Origin: an uncultured bacterium
GTDB lineage: Bacteria > CAYJRR01
DNA length: 40,035 bases
Direction of reading: 5' to 3'
Assembly (NCBI GenBank): GCA_964372275.1
Contig: CAYJRR010000025.1
Span: 1 to 40,035 of the forward strand
A program made the position numbers and the translations under genes. The notes under the pieces are model-generated. The model had not been told where the DNA came from. It saw only the letters and a program-made list of their open reading frames with translations, and made no database searches. Numbering within the stretch: position 1 is the stretch's first letter; every line of letters begins with the position of its first letter. Below are positions 9,213-18,952 of this stretch, piece after piece.

Positions 9213-10394
9213 ATGACGCCGTCGCGCGCATCGAAGATCGTTTCGCTCCTCCTCCTGCTCGCCGCCCCCGCCTCGGCCCAGGAGGTCGAGCCGTCGCGCG
9301 TGTTGGAGGAGTCGCTGGCGCTGATCGAGCGCGAATACTTCGATGCCGGCGTGACGCGCGAGGAGCTGGTGGAGGCGGCGCTCCGCGGCATCGTCGAGCA
9401 CCTGAACCGCCGCGCCGCGCGGGCGGGGCATCCGCCGATCAACGCGCTGCTCAGCCGGCGCGAGGTGGCGCGCCTCCAGCAGGCGATCGCCGGCGAGGTC
9501 ACCGGGATCGGCGTGCTGGCGCGGCCGGGACCGGACGGGATCGAAGTGCTGCAGGTCTTCGCCGGATCGCCGGCGGGGCGGGCGGGTCTTCGCCCGGGCG
9601 ATCGGATTGCGGCGATCGACGACCGCCAGACGGCCCAAGGCGGCATGGACGTCTTCGGCCTGCTCCGGGGCGACGTCGGATCGAAGGTGTCGCTGTCGGT
9701 GGTGCGCGAAGCCGGTTCGGAGCATCCGACGAACTTCGCGGTGAAGCTGGTGCGGGGCCGCTATCACGTGAACTCGGTGGTGGCACGGATGCTGGACAAC
9801 GACGTCGGCTACTTGCGGGTGGGCGGATTCTCACGAGGAACCTACGACGAGGTGGCCGACAGCCTCCTCGCCTTCCGCGAGCAGGGGGCTTGGGGGGTGG
9901 TCCTCGACCTTCGCGGAAGCCCCGGAGGCGCGCTCGAGTCGGCGACCGCCATCGCCGGCCTGTTCGTCACCCCCGGCCGCCCGCTGCTGCAGATCCAGCG
10001 GCGCGAGGAGGATCCGCACGTGCTCTCCGCCGAAGGGGAGGTCCTGTGGACGGGCCCCCTGGCGGTGCTGGTCGACGGCGGCACGGCGGCGTCGGCCGAA
10101 GCGCTCGCCTCGGCGTTGAAGGAGAACGAACGGGCGCTCCTGGTCGGCGACCGAACCGCCGGTCGGGGGCTCGCCGAATCGGTCTTCGCCCTGCCGACGG
10201 GTGGCGCCCTTCGCCTGGCGACGGCCCGCTACGCCTCGATCACCGGGCGGAGCTGGGTCCACGGCGGGCTGGAGCCCGACTCGCCGATCGTGCACGCGCC
10301 GCTCGATCCGCTCGATCCGATCGACCCGCAGCTCCGGGCCGCGCTCACGATCATGGCCCGCTTTCGGCCGCGCAGCGCTGGTTCTTCTCCTTGA
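9213..10394 (+). CDS. S41 (CtpA-like) PDZ protein, probably catalytically inactive
   Basis: Signal peptide; PDZ (TGIGV, GSPAGRAGLRPGDRI); VGYLRV, LDLRGSPGG; catalytic motifs read TAASAE and TAGRG. Confidence 0.88.
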   Translation: MTPSRASKIVSLLLLLAAPASAQEVEPSRVLEESLALIEREYFDAGVTREELVEAALRGIVEHLNRRAARAGHPPINALLSRREVARLQQAIAGEVTGIGVLARPGPDGIEVLQVFAGSPAGRAGLRPGDRIAAIDDRQTAQGGMDVFGLLRGDVGSKVSLSVVREAGSEHPTNFAVKLVRGRYHVNSVVARMLDNDVGYLRVGGFSRGTYDEVADSLLAFREQGAWGVVLDLRGSPGGALESATAIAGLFVTPGRPLLQIQRREEDPHVLSAEGEVLWTGPLAVLVDGGTAASAEALASALKENERALLVGDRTAGRGLAESVFALPTGGALRLATARYASITGRSWVHGGLEPDSPIVHAPLDPLDPIDPQLRAALTIMARFRPRSAGSSP

Positions 10395-11787
10395 GGAGCT
10401 GTTCGATCTGCGACGTGAGCACCACGTCGATCTGCGGATTGAACCCCTGGTGGACCCAGTTGATGTTGCCGCACGGTCCGATTACGACGATCGTCGGGAT
10501 CCCCTCGATCTGGAACACCCGGGAGAGCGTACCGTCGCCGTCGAACGCGATGGGAAAGGTGTAGCTCGCCTCCTTGATGTACTCCTCGGCGAGGTCGCGG
10601 CTCTTGTCGACGCTCACCGCGACGAAGCGCACCTGCGTCTTGTAGCGGTCGTAGATCTGCTGGTAGATCGGAAGCTCGAGCCGGCAGGGTCCGCACCAGG
10701 TGGCCCAGAAGTCGAGGACGGTGACCTGGCGCGAGAGCGTCTCGCTGTCGATCCGGCGACCGTCGAAGTCCTGCAGCGTGAACCGGGGACTCTTCTCTTC
10801 CATCCGGTCCTCGAGCGCCCCTGCTTCGGCCTCCTTTCGTTCCCGATCGCGACGGCGATCGGACTGCGAGCGCTCTTCGAGCTCGCGCGCCTCCCGCTCG
10901 CTCCTCTCCTTCTCCCGCACGGCGCGCACCTGCGACTCCGCCTCCTGGAGCAGCGCCTTCTTCTCCGCTTCTCGAAGCTTCCCCTCCTTCACCATCTGCT
11001 CCAGCGCCGCGCGCGCCTTCGCCGACTCCTCCCCGTCGTCCAACGCCGCCGACCGGGCGTAGGCCTTGGCCGCGTTGGTGCCGTCGCCGAGCGCGCGGTG
11101 GACCTCCGCGAGGTGGAACCGGATCGCGGCGTGCTCCACGCGGCGCGCCGCCTCCTGGAGCACCGCGACCGCCTCCCTCCCCTTCCCGGCCCGGTGCTCG
11201 ATCCAGCCGAGCGTGTCGAGGTAGTAGGCGCGGTTCTCGTCGACGAAGCGGAGGAACTCCTCCTGCCCGACGTCCGCTCCGGGTGGCGGACCTTCCGCCT
11301 CGGACCGGTCGAGCGTGTTCAGCGCCTGCATCACCAGGCGCCGGGCGAGGTCGAGCTTGATCCCCTTCTCGGCGTAGGCGTAGGCGACGGCGTTCTGAAC
11401 CTGGGCGCCGGCGAGGTCGGGCTCGATCTCGATCGCGTCGAGCATCGCCTCCATCCGCTCGATCTTCCCGACCTCCGCGTAGGCCATCGCCAGCTCGCGG
11501 GCGACGTGCTCCTTGGGAGAGCCTTCGACCTTGGCGTGCAGCGTCTCCAGGAGCTCGACGCGATGCGCCGGATCCCGAGTGGCCCGCGCCTCCCGCCAGA
11601 GATCCTCGGGAGGCCGGACCTTCAGGGTCGTACCCGGCGGCGCATCGATGATCATCTTCTTCCGACCGTCCTCGTCGACCACGACGCGAGCCCGCGGCTT
11701 GTCGGAACCCGGCTTGGGACACCCCGCCAGGAGGAACCCCAGGCACGTGGCGAAACCGGCGCGAAGGAGAGGGCCGCGAGCCTTCAT
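10351..11787 (-). CDS. Lipoprotein with TPR repeats and a C-terminal TlpA/ResA-like redoxin domain
   Basis: Lipobox FLLAGC; TPR motifs (NAVAYAYAEKG, YLDTLGWIEHRAG); VLDFWATWCGPC and GIPT; ATG overlaps the upstream TGA. Confidence 0.9.
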   Translation of the reverse strand: MKARGPLLRAGFATCLGFLLAGCPKPGSDKPRARVVVDEDGRKKMIIDAPPGTTLKVRPPEDLWREARATRDPAHRVELLETLHAKVEGSPKEHVARELAMAYAEVGKIERMEAMLDAIEIEPDLAGAQVQNAVAYAYAEKGIKLDLARRLVMQALNTLDRSEAEGPPPGADVGQEEFLRFVDENRAYYLDTLGWIEHRAGKGREAVAVLQEAARRVEHAAIRFHLAEVHRALGDGTNAAKAYARSAALDDGEESAKARAALEQMVKEGKLREAEKKALLQEAESQVRAVREKERSEREARELEERSQSDRRRDRERKEAEAGALEDRMEEKSPRFTLQDFDGRRIDSETLSRQVTVLDFWATWCGPCRLELPIYQQIYDRYKTQVRFVAVSVDKSRDLAEEYIKEASYTFPIAFDGDGTLSRVFQIEGIPTIVVIGPCGNINWVHQGFNPQIDVVLTSQIEQLLKEKNQRCAAESGP

Positions 11788-13088
11788 CAAGGTGCCTTTC
11801 CGAGCGCCTCGAGTTGCGCCCTCAGCCGGTGAAAGTACCCCGGCCCGATCCCTTCGTTCCGATAGCGCACGCGTCCCCCGGCATCAAGCACCAGTGCCAC
11901 CGGAACCCCCTCCACCCGGAACGCGGCGGCGTCCTCCCCGCGCGGATCGTGCCCCACCGCCACCGCCGGATCCGATTCCTGCGCCACCCGCCGCGCGTCC
12001 TCTGCGCGCCCCCCGACCGCGACGGAAACGACCTCGAACCCTTCGTTGCGGAGACGTCCGCACACCGCGAGCGCGTCGACCGACGGACTACTGTACGCTC
12101 CCCAGAACAAAAGAACCACCGGCGATCCGGCGCGCCAGGCGACCGGAGCGCCGAGTCCGTCGGTGGCACGAAGCGGAAGTGCCGGCTCGTCGACCGTCTC
12201 CCGGACCGCTCGCGGTCGGACCCGCGCCGCAAGCGACGCCGCCTCCTTCCGGCGCAGCGCCTCCACTTCGTAGGGCTTCATCGCGAGCCGGAGCGCGACG
12301 GCGTCGAGGAGTTCCCCGGCACGGAACGACTCGGGCCCCTCGCCGGCGACGGCTCGAGCGAGCGCGGTCAGCGCGTCCCTCTCGCGGCCGCAGCCGGCGA
12401 GGGCCTCTCCGTAGGACGTAAGCGTCGCGACGTCGTCGGCGAGGACCTCCGCGGCGCCCGAGAGCTCCTCCAGCGCCGCCGGGCACTCGCCCGCGCGGAA
12501 GAGCGCCGTTCCCAGCGTCCGATGGATCGCCGCCTCGGCGATCGCCACCCGCCGCTTCCAGCTCTTGGCGTCGAACCCGCGCGGCCGCTGCAGGTCCTGG
12601 ACGATCTCCAGGGCGCGGGTCGCGTACCGGTAGCCCCGCTCCAGCTCGCGCCCGGCCCGCGCGTAGGCGGCGGCCATCTCCTCCAGGAGCGCCGCGCCCG
12701 CGAGGTCGTCGACGATCTCCAGCCCGCCCGCCGCGCGCGCCATCTCCACCAGATCACCCCGGCGGGCATGGGACCTCGCCTCCTCCGCGCGCGCGACCCG
12801 CCGCACCTTGGGCGCGGCCCGTGGATCGTCGGCGACGGCCCGGAACCGCTCCGCGCGGCGGCCGAGGTCGGGCTCGACGCGGGCCTCCTCGAGTCGGACG
12901 TCGTCCGCCCCATCGGCCCCCGGCAACGCGAACGGCTCGAATCGGGCGGGCATCGAATGCTCCGCCGTCCCCGCAATCGTCGCCAGCTCGCGCCGAAGCG
13001 AAGCCGGATCGTCGTCCGACCGGTAGGGATCGCACGCGGCGGCCCCCGACAGTAGCGAAAGCGCGCACCATCGCCGCCACGTGCTCAA
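11787..13088 (-). CDS. Lipoprotein with TPR repeats and a degenerate (SxxS) redoxin domain
   Basis: TTG start after GGGAGG overlapping the upstream TGA; lipobox GAAAC; TPR (IHRTLGTALFRAG); VVLLFWGAYSSPS ... GVP. Confidence 0.75.
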   Translation of the reverse strand: MSTWRRWCALSLLSGAAACDPYRSDDDPASLRRELATIAGTAEHSMPARFEPFALPGADGADDVRLEEARVEPDLGRRAERFRAVADDPRAAPKVRRVARAEEARSHARRGDLVEMARAAGGLEIVDDLAGAALLEEMAAAYARAGRELERGYRYATRALEIVQDLQRPRGFDAKSWKRRVAIAEAAIHRTLGTALFRAGECPAALEELSGAAEVLADDVATLTSYGEALAGCGRERDALTALARAVAGEGPESFRAGELLDAVALRLAMKPYEVEALRRKEAASLAARVRPRAVRETVDEPALPLRATDGLGAPVAWRAGSPVVLLFWGAYSSPSVDALAVCGRLRNEGFEVVSVAVGGRAEDARRVAQESDPAVAVGHDPRGEDAAAFRVEGVPVALVLDAGGRVRYRNEGIGPGYFHRLRAQLEALGKAP

Positions 13089-15187
13089 CGATCCTCCCGA
13101 ATCTCCCGCCTCACGGCCTCGACCGCGCTCTGCTCCTCGGAACGGAGCTCCCGCCCGGCGAATCGAGCCAGGTAGAAGGCCTCCGCCCACGCAGGCTTGC
13201 CGGCGCGCCGCGCCAACTCCAGCGCCGTCTCGCCGGCACGGCGGATGATACCTCGGCGGCGGAAGCGACGCTCCGCATCGCGCCACCAACGCTCCGCCTC
13301 GTCGGACGGGAGCCGGCCGGAGCCCCGCACCGCCCGCCGCCGGAGTACGACGGCGATCGCCGCGGCGGCGATCACCGCGAAGGCCAGGCGCGCCGTGCCG
13401 CCGCCAAGGAGCCGTCGCAACCGTCCGGGACCGGTCGAGACGAGCGACCCCATCCGATCTCCCATCCGGTCGGCGCGCCGCCCCGCCTCTTTCAGGATCG
13501 CGAACTGGTCGAGCAGGTTGTATTCGACGACGCGCTGGATCCAGAGCCGGCGGAGGCTGTCGAACGCGCGGATCCATCCGTTGGAACGAACGCGCGAGGC
13601 CCCTCCTTGTCCCGGCGTCGGGTCGAATCGCACCCATCCTTCTCCCGCGAACGGCACCTCCACCCAGCTGTGCGCATCGCTGCGCCGGACGAGCCAGTAG
13701 TTGCCGAACTCGTTCCTCTCCCCGCCGTGGAATCCGTTCGCCATCCGGGCCGGGATCCCGAGCGCGCGCAGCAGCAGCACCATCCCCGACGCGTACTGCT
13801 CGCACCACCCGGTGCGCGTCTCGAGGAGGAATCGTTCGACCGGATCGGTCCCGGCGCCGTCCGGCGGAGCCACGAGCGAATAGGTCCAGGTTTGCAACGC
13901 CGCCTCGATGCGCCGCGCCCGGCGGAAGTCGGAGCCCCCCGCGTCGGCCCCCTTTCCGAGCGAAAGCTCGCGCGCCAGCGGTTCGATCGCCGCGCGGAGC
14001 CGGTCGGGGATCTGGAGGTACCGTCCGCCCGCCCCCGCCGGTTCGACCGCGGCCGCCCCGTCGAGACGTCGCGGGTCCGACGTCGGCGGGGCCGAGTGGA
14101 CGGTGTACGCCATCCGCCCGAACGATCGCGCCCGGTAGAAGTAGGAGTCGGTCGAGTTGACCGCGACCAAGGGGAGGTCGGCCTCCAGGTACCACATCCC
14201 CGGGAGTCCGAAGAGGACCGACAGGTCGATCGGCTCGAGCGTCACCTCCTGCGCGACCGACGCCCTCCCTCGATCCGGCGGCTCGCGGAGCGGGAATCCG
14301 GCGGCCCGCGGGCGGTCGCCGCGGAACAGCCGCTGGGCGACGATCCGCTCCTCGGACGCGTCGGAGACCGACCAACGACCGTTTTCGTACGTGTCGAGCG
14401 CGATCCCCCGCCAGTAGAGCTCCGGCTCCGGCGGGCCCGGATCGGAGAGAGAAACGCGCATCACCGGCCGGGTGTCGATCATCACCGAACCGAGCTCCCC
14501 CAGCTCCACCTCTTCCGAGAAGCCGCTGACCGACTGCGCCTCCAGCAGCCCCCCACGGAACGCGCTGATCTGGATCCGAGGAAGGATCGCGAAGAGGAGA
14601 CAGGTCCCGGCGAAGACGACGCACCCGGCGAGAAGGGCGGCCACCGCGACCGCTCGCGGGACCCGCCCGTCGGCCCCTTCCCGGCCCGGAACCCACAGCA
14701 CCCGGAAGATCGCGGTCCAGGTGCCGGCGAGGCAGAGAAGGAGGACGCTCCCCAGGAAGGCGAAGTTGAGCGTCAGGACCGCGGCCCCCATCAGCATCAG
14801 GATGGCGATCACCAGCACCTGGCCGGTGCTCGCGGGATCGCGTAGCGCAAGCAACCGATTGGCCTGTACGAGCACGAGCAGGTCGATCGCCCCCAGCACC
14901 CAGGATCCGCTCACCGCGATGTGCGCCGGCACCACGGCCAGCGCCACCAGGAACGTCCCGAGGCCGGTGGTGAACCGCCGCACCGGCGCCGTCGAACCGG
15001 TCTCTCCGGACGCGCGGCGGAGGCGGACGGCGGCGAGCAGGAGGCTGCCGCCGAGGACGACCAGCGGCACCGGGCCCACCGGACCCGCCGTCGCCAGGGC
15101 GTAGAGCCCGACCGCCGCCGAGGCGTAGGCTCCGCCCAGCGCCGCGCCGCGCACCGCGATCTCGCCCCCCGATCGCCGGCGGCTCAC
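13085..15187 (-). CDS. Membrane transglutaminase-domain protein (TgpA-like, DUF3488 + TGase + DUF4129-like)
   Basis: N-terminal TM bundle, LFAILPR, SGFSEEV, YWRGIALD; triad GWCEQYA / AHSWVEV / RFDPT; GETALE tail. Confidence 0.92.
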   Translation of the reverse strand: MSRRRSGGEIAVRGAALGGAYASAAVGLYALATAGPVGPVPLVVLGGSLLLAAVRLRRASGETGSTAPVRRFTTGLGTFLVALAVVPAHIAVSGSWVLGAIDLLVLVQANRLLALRDPASTGQVLVIAILMLMGAAVLTLNFAFLGSVLLLCLAGTWTAIFRVLWVPGREGADGRVPRAVAVAALLAGCVVFAGTCLLFAILPRIQISAFRGGLLEAQSVSGFSEEVELGELGSVMIDTRPVMRVSLSDPGPPEPELYWRGIALDTYENGRWSVSDASEERIVAQRLFRGDRPRAAGFPLREPPDRGRASVAQEVTLEPIDLSVLFGLPGMWYLEADLPLVAVNSTDSYFYRARSFGRMAYTVHSAPPTSDPRRLDGAAAVEPAGAGGRYLQIPDRLRAAIEPLARELSLGKGADAGGSDFRRARRIEAALQTWTYSLVAPPDGAGTDPVERFLLETRTGWCEQYASGMVLLLRALGIPARMANGFHGGERNEFGNYWLVRRSDAHSWVEVPFAGEGWVRFDPTPGQGGASRVRSNGWIRAFDSLRRLWIQRVVEYNLLDQFAILKEAGRRADRMGDRMGSLVSTGPGRLRRLLGGGTARLAFAVIAAAAIAVVLRRRAVRGSGRLPSDEAERWWRDAERRFRRRGIIRRAGETALELARRAGKPAWAEAFYLARFAGRELRSEEQSAVEAVRREIREDR

Positions 15188-16191
15188 CTCCGGCCTCCGA
15201 ACTCGACCGCGCTCGCGAGAGCCGCCGTCACGTCGACCACGGCCGCGTCGGCCGGCAGCTCGACCGCCTCGTCTGCCCCGGGTCGGACGTCGACCAGATG
15301 GTCGAGGACGGCGTCGAGCCCCGCCGCCCCCGAGGCCGGGCGGAGGAGCGTCGTCCCGTCCGCGAGGCCGACGCGATAGCCCTCCCGGATCAGCGCCGCG
15401 CACAGTCCCGCGGCCCGCTCCACCGCCGCTTCGAACGCCTCCGGATCGCGCTCGCGTAGACGCAGCACCACCGACGGAGGCTCCTCCCGCGCCGTCTCCT
15501 TCACCATCGGCCGTCCCGCGCGCGCCGACGCCTTCCAATGGATGCGCCGGGCGTCGTCGCCGGGCAAGAGGGGCCGAACGCCGAACAGGTCGGACCCTTC
15601 GCCGCGGACCGGCCGGGGCGCCTCCCCCTCCTCGCGGCCGCGCAATTCGTCGGCCGCGTCGAGCTCCGGCACGAAGGGTCGCACGCGCACCGTCGACGGC
15701 GACTCCAGCCACCGCGACTTGCGGAACAGGCCGAAGGGGAAGACGGTCGCCGCCTCCACCTCGGCGAGCGCGTAGACCCCGCGGCGCTCGAAGCGGCGGA
15801 CGTAGGCGCACCGGCGGCTGCGCCCCGGATCGACCCGCGGGACGATCGCCTCTGGCCCGCCGCCGTCCCGATCGCGCACGGCGAGCGCCAGCGCCGGGAG
15901 CCCTCCCGGCGCGCGCCGGACCACGAAGGCGAAGGTCGCCGCCTCGCGCGCGCGGATCTCCGCCGGAACGGAGCGCTCGACCTCGATCCCGCGCAGCACC
16001 CGCTCCGAGAGGATCCCCGAGACGACGATCGACGCCAGCCCCATCCCCAGGACAAAGTAGAGGAGGTTGTTGCCGGTGTTGATCGCGGCGAACCCGACCG
16101 CGAAGATCCCCAGCAGGAAGAAGGTCCCGGCGCGCGTCGGCCGGATCCGCCGCGGCGGCTCGAGCCACGCGAGGAGTCCGCGCAGCGTCAC
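15184..16191 (-). CDS. DUF58 domain protein
   Basis: GTG overlaps the MoxR stop; AAINTGNNLLY, RRGVY, FPFGLF, PGDDARRIHWKASAR. Confidence 0.92.
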   Translation of the reverse strand: MTLRGLLAWLEPPRRIRPTRAGTFFLLGIFAVGFAAINTGNNLLYFVLGMGLASIVVSGILSERVLRGIEVERSVPAEIRAREAATFAFVVRRAPGGLPALALAVRDRDGGGPEAIVPRVDPGRSRRCAYVRRFERRGVYALAEVEAATVFPFGLFRKSRWLESPSTVRVRPFVPELDAADELRGREEGEAPRPVRGEGSDLFGVRPLLPGDDARRIHWKASARAGRPMVKETAREEPPSVVLRLRERDPEAFEAAVERAAGLCAALIREGYRVGLADGTTLLRPASGAAGLDAVLDHLVDVRPGADEAVELPADAAVVDVTAALASAVEFGGRR

Positions 16192-17144
16192 GCCGGCCCG
16201 TCCACCTCGTCGACCACCTCGTCGATCACCGCGTCGGACGCCGTCGGCGCCGCGCGGCTGGCGAGGACGAGACGGTGCGCGAGCACCGGACGGCAGAGCC
16301 ACTTCACGTCGTCCGGAACGACGAAGTCCCTCCCGGCGAGAAGCGCCGCGGCACGCGCCGCGCGCACGAGCAGCACCGACGCGCGCGGCGAGACCCCCAG
16401 CTGCACCCCCTTGCGTCCGCGCGTCGCCGCGGCGATCCGCTGGATCCAGGCGACGATCGCGTCGTCGACCGTCACCGCCTCCGCCGCCTCCTGCGCCGCC
16501 GCCACCTCTTCCGCCGTGGCCGCCGGCTCGACGTCGGCGGCGCCGTCCAGCGAACCGCGCCGGATCACCGTCCGCTCCGCCTCCGCGTCGGGATACCCCA
16601 TCCGCACCCGCAACAGGAATCGATCGAGCTGGCTTTCGGGCAGCGGGTAGGTGCCGTGGTGTTCGATCGGGTTCTGGGTCGCGATCACCAGGAATGGCGG
16701 CGGAAGCGGATGGCGCACGCCGTCGACCGAGACCTGCCCCTCCCCCATCGCCTCGAGCAGCGCCGACTGGGTCTTCGGCGTGGTGCGATTGATCTCGTCG
16801 GCCAGCACCACGTTGGCGAACAGCGGGCCGCGTTTGAAGACGAACCGCTCCGACGACGGCTCGTAGACGGTGACACCGAGGATGTCGGACGGGAGCAGAT
16901 CGCTCGTGAACTGGATCCGCTGGAAGGTCCCACCCGCGGCCCTCGCCAGCGCGCGCGCCAGCGTCGTCTTTCCGACGCCGGGGACGTCCTCGATCAGCAG
17001 GTGACCGCGCGCAAGCAGCGCCACCACCGACAGCCGCACCGGCTCGTCCTTCCCGTGGATCGCGACGGCGGCGTGGGTCGCCAGCCGGCGCGCGAGCTCG
17101 GTCGCCTTCGCCGGCGCGGCGGACACGGATCGCAAGGTCGTCAC
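16188..17144 (-). CDS. MoxR-family AAA+ ATPase
   Basis: GHLLIEDVPGVGKT, IQFTSDLLPSD, LADEINR, ATQNPIE, YPLPESQLDRF, GVSPR. Confidence 0.96.
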   Translation of the reverse strand: MTTLRSVSAAPAKATELARRLATHAAVAIHGKDEPVRLSVVALLARGHLLIEDVPGVGKTTLARALARAAGGTFQRIQFTSDLLPSDILGVTVYEPSSERFVFKRGPLFANVVLADEINRTTPKTQSALLEAMGEGQVSVDGVRHPLPPPFLVIATQNPIEHHGTYPLPESQLDRFLLRVRMGYPDAEAERTVIRRGSLDGAADVEPAATAEEVAAAQEAAEAVTVDDAIVAWIQRIAAATRGRKGVQLGVSPRASVLLVRAARAAALLAGRDFVVPDDVKWLCRPVLAHRLVLASRAAPTASDAVIDEVVDEVDGPA

Positions 17145-17156
17145 GTCTCGTACCCC

Positions 17157-18881
17157 CTATCGGATCGACAACGCGACCGGCGAGCGGCCCACCGGCGCAT
17201 CCAGCCCCGCCAACACGCGCACCACCGCGCGCACACTCTCGGGACGCCAGCCGAAGGCGCACAGATGTGCCCCGAGCCCCTCCACGTCGTCGAGCAGGTA
17301 GGGGGAGGCGAGCGTCACCCCGATGACCGAGCCGGGCGGCAGTCGGGTCACCAGCGTCGCGGCGAGCGCCGCCTGCTCCTCGTTCGACACCGAGACGACG
17401 AAGCGCGTGCCGGCGCGGCGCCAGCGCGACGCGGCGGCCGCCACGCGCGCCGCGGTCTGCTCGTCCGGCCGTACCGGAAGGTGAAGCTCGACGAGGCCCG
17501 GCCGCACGGCGCGGAACTCCTGGAGGAACTCCTCGAGCGCCGAGAGTGCGACCACCCGCGGGCAGCTCTCCGGCGTCAGCGGCAGCCGTTCCGCGCGGTC
17601 GTGGACGACGGTGATCGCCCGCCTCGCGATGCGACGGGCGACGCGGCGGTGATGGGGATTCCCGACCGACGCCAGCCCCGCCGCTTTCAGCCGCGGCGAC
17701 TTCGGCTCGCCGAACAGCCCACGGCGCATCTTGATCGCGAGGATGCGCGCCACCGCGTCGTCGACCCGCTCCATCGGAAGCTCGCCGGAGCGGAGTGCGG
17801 CGAGGATCGCATCCCGCGCCGCCTCCTTCCGATCGCGCCGCCAGATGACGATCACCATGTCGGCGCCGGCCGCGATCGCCCGCACCGCCGCGGGGCCGGC
17901 GCCGATCGTGTCGTCGATCGCCTTCATCTCCAGATCGTCGGTGAGGATGATCCCGCGGTGGCCCATCTCGCGGCGGAGCAGGTCGGTGAGCAGGATCCTC
18001 GAGAGGCTGGCGGGCTGCGCGTCGACGGCGGAGAAGACGAGGTGCCCCGTCATCACCGCGTCGATCCCCGCCGCCGCCGCCGCCGCGAACGGCTTGAGCT
18101 CGACCTGACGGAGCCGGTCGAGGTCGTGCGCGATGGTGGGCAGGCCTCGGTGGCTGTCCTCGACCGAATCGCCGTGCCCGGGGAAGTGCTTGCCGACCGC
18201 CGACACACCCGACTCCTGCAGGCCGATGGCGTAGGCGACCGCCATCTCGGCGACGCGGTCGGGATCGTCGCCGTAGGCTCGCACGCCGATCACCGGGTTT
18301 TGCCGGTTGCGGTTGACGTCGAGCACCGGCGCCAGGTTCATGTTGACCCCCAGCGCGGCGAGTTCCGCCCCCGCCACCCGCCCCTCGAGACGGGCGAGCG
18401 CCGCCGAGCCGGTGGCACCGGTCGCCATGGCGCCGGGGAAGATCGTCGCACCGCGGTGCAGCCGCACCACCGCCCCGCCCTCCTGGTCCATGGCGATCAG
18501 GCGAGGAAGCGCCGCCCCCTCTTGCAACGCGGCGGTCAGGTTCGCCAGTTGCTCCGTCCCCTTCACGTTGCGTCCGAGGAGAATGATCCCACCGGGGCTC
18601 AAGTCGCGAAGGATCGCCCCCAGCTCCGGCGATCGGCCGGTGGAGCTCACGCCGATCATCAACAGCTGGCCGACCTTCGCGTCGACCGACATCCGCCGCA
18701 ACAGGTCGGCAATCCGCGGATCGTCGGTGGGACGGACCGACAGGAGCGGGGCCGCGCCCACGCTCCGGCGTCCGACGAGCACGGCCGAAGCCGAAAGGAG
18801 CGCCGCCGCCCCCAGCCAGGCACGACGGGCGATCGGGGGCGTCGTAGCGATACCGTAGAGATTACCGCGTGTTGGACCCAT
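17157..18881 (-). CDS. nagZ: GH3 beta-N-acetylhexosaminidase (two-domain, exported NagZ-type)
   Basis: MDQEGG, NLAPVLD, KHFPGHGDSVEDSH signature, VMTGH, ILTDDLEM; possible Tat signal ARRAWL; exact start uncertain. Confidence 0.92.
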   Translation of the reverse strand: MGPTRGNLYGIATTPPIARRAWLGAAALLSASAVLVGRRSVGAAPLLSVRPTDDPRIADLLRRMSVDAKVGQLLMIGVSSTGRSPELGAILRDLSPGGIILLGRNVKGTEQLANLTAALQEGAALPRLIAMDQEGGAVVRLHRGATIFPGAMATGATGSAALARLEGRVAGAELAALGVNMNLAPVLDVNRNRQNPVIGVRAYGDDPDRVAEMAVAYAIGLQESGVSAVGKHFPGHGDSVEDSHRGLPTIAHDLDRLRQVELKPFAAAAAAGIDAVMTGHLVFSAVDAQPASLSRILLTDLLRREMGHRGIILTDDLEMKAIDDTIGAGPAAVRAIAAGADMVIVIWRRDRKEAARDAILAALRSGELPMERVDDAVARILAIKMRRGLFGEPKSPRLKAAGLASVGNPHHRRVARRIARRAITVVHDRAERLPLTPESCPRVVALSALEEFLQEFRAVRPGLVELHLPVRPDEQTAARVAAAASRWRRAGTRFVVSVSNEEQAALAATLVTRLPPGSVIGVTLASPYLLDDVEGLGAHLCAFGWRPESVRAVVRVLAGLDAPVGRSPVALSIR

Positions 18882-18914
18882 CAGACAAGCGACCTGACGA
18901 TCGTTCGCGCATCG

Positions 18915-18943
18915 TTGACAGCCTCCCCGCCCCTGCTTAGAAA
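18915..18943 (+). promoter_or_regulatory. Sigma70-type promoter of grpE
   Basis: TTGACA-N17-TAGAAA, 9 nt before the ATG. Confidence 0.6.
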
Positions 18944-18952
18944 GCGGACACC

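Noticed and set aside
11787-17262. Giant fusion ORFs in the track (969, 1027 and 692 aa)
   Set aside because: The N-terminal parts are off-frame read-through over upstream genes; true starts are the overlapping TTG/GTG codons at 13088, 15187 and 16191
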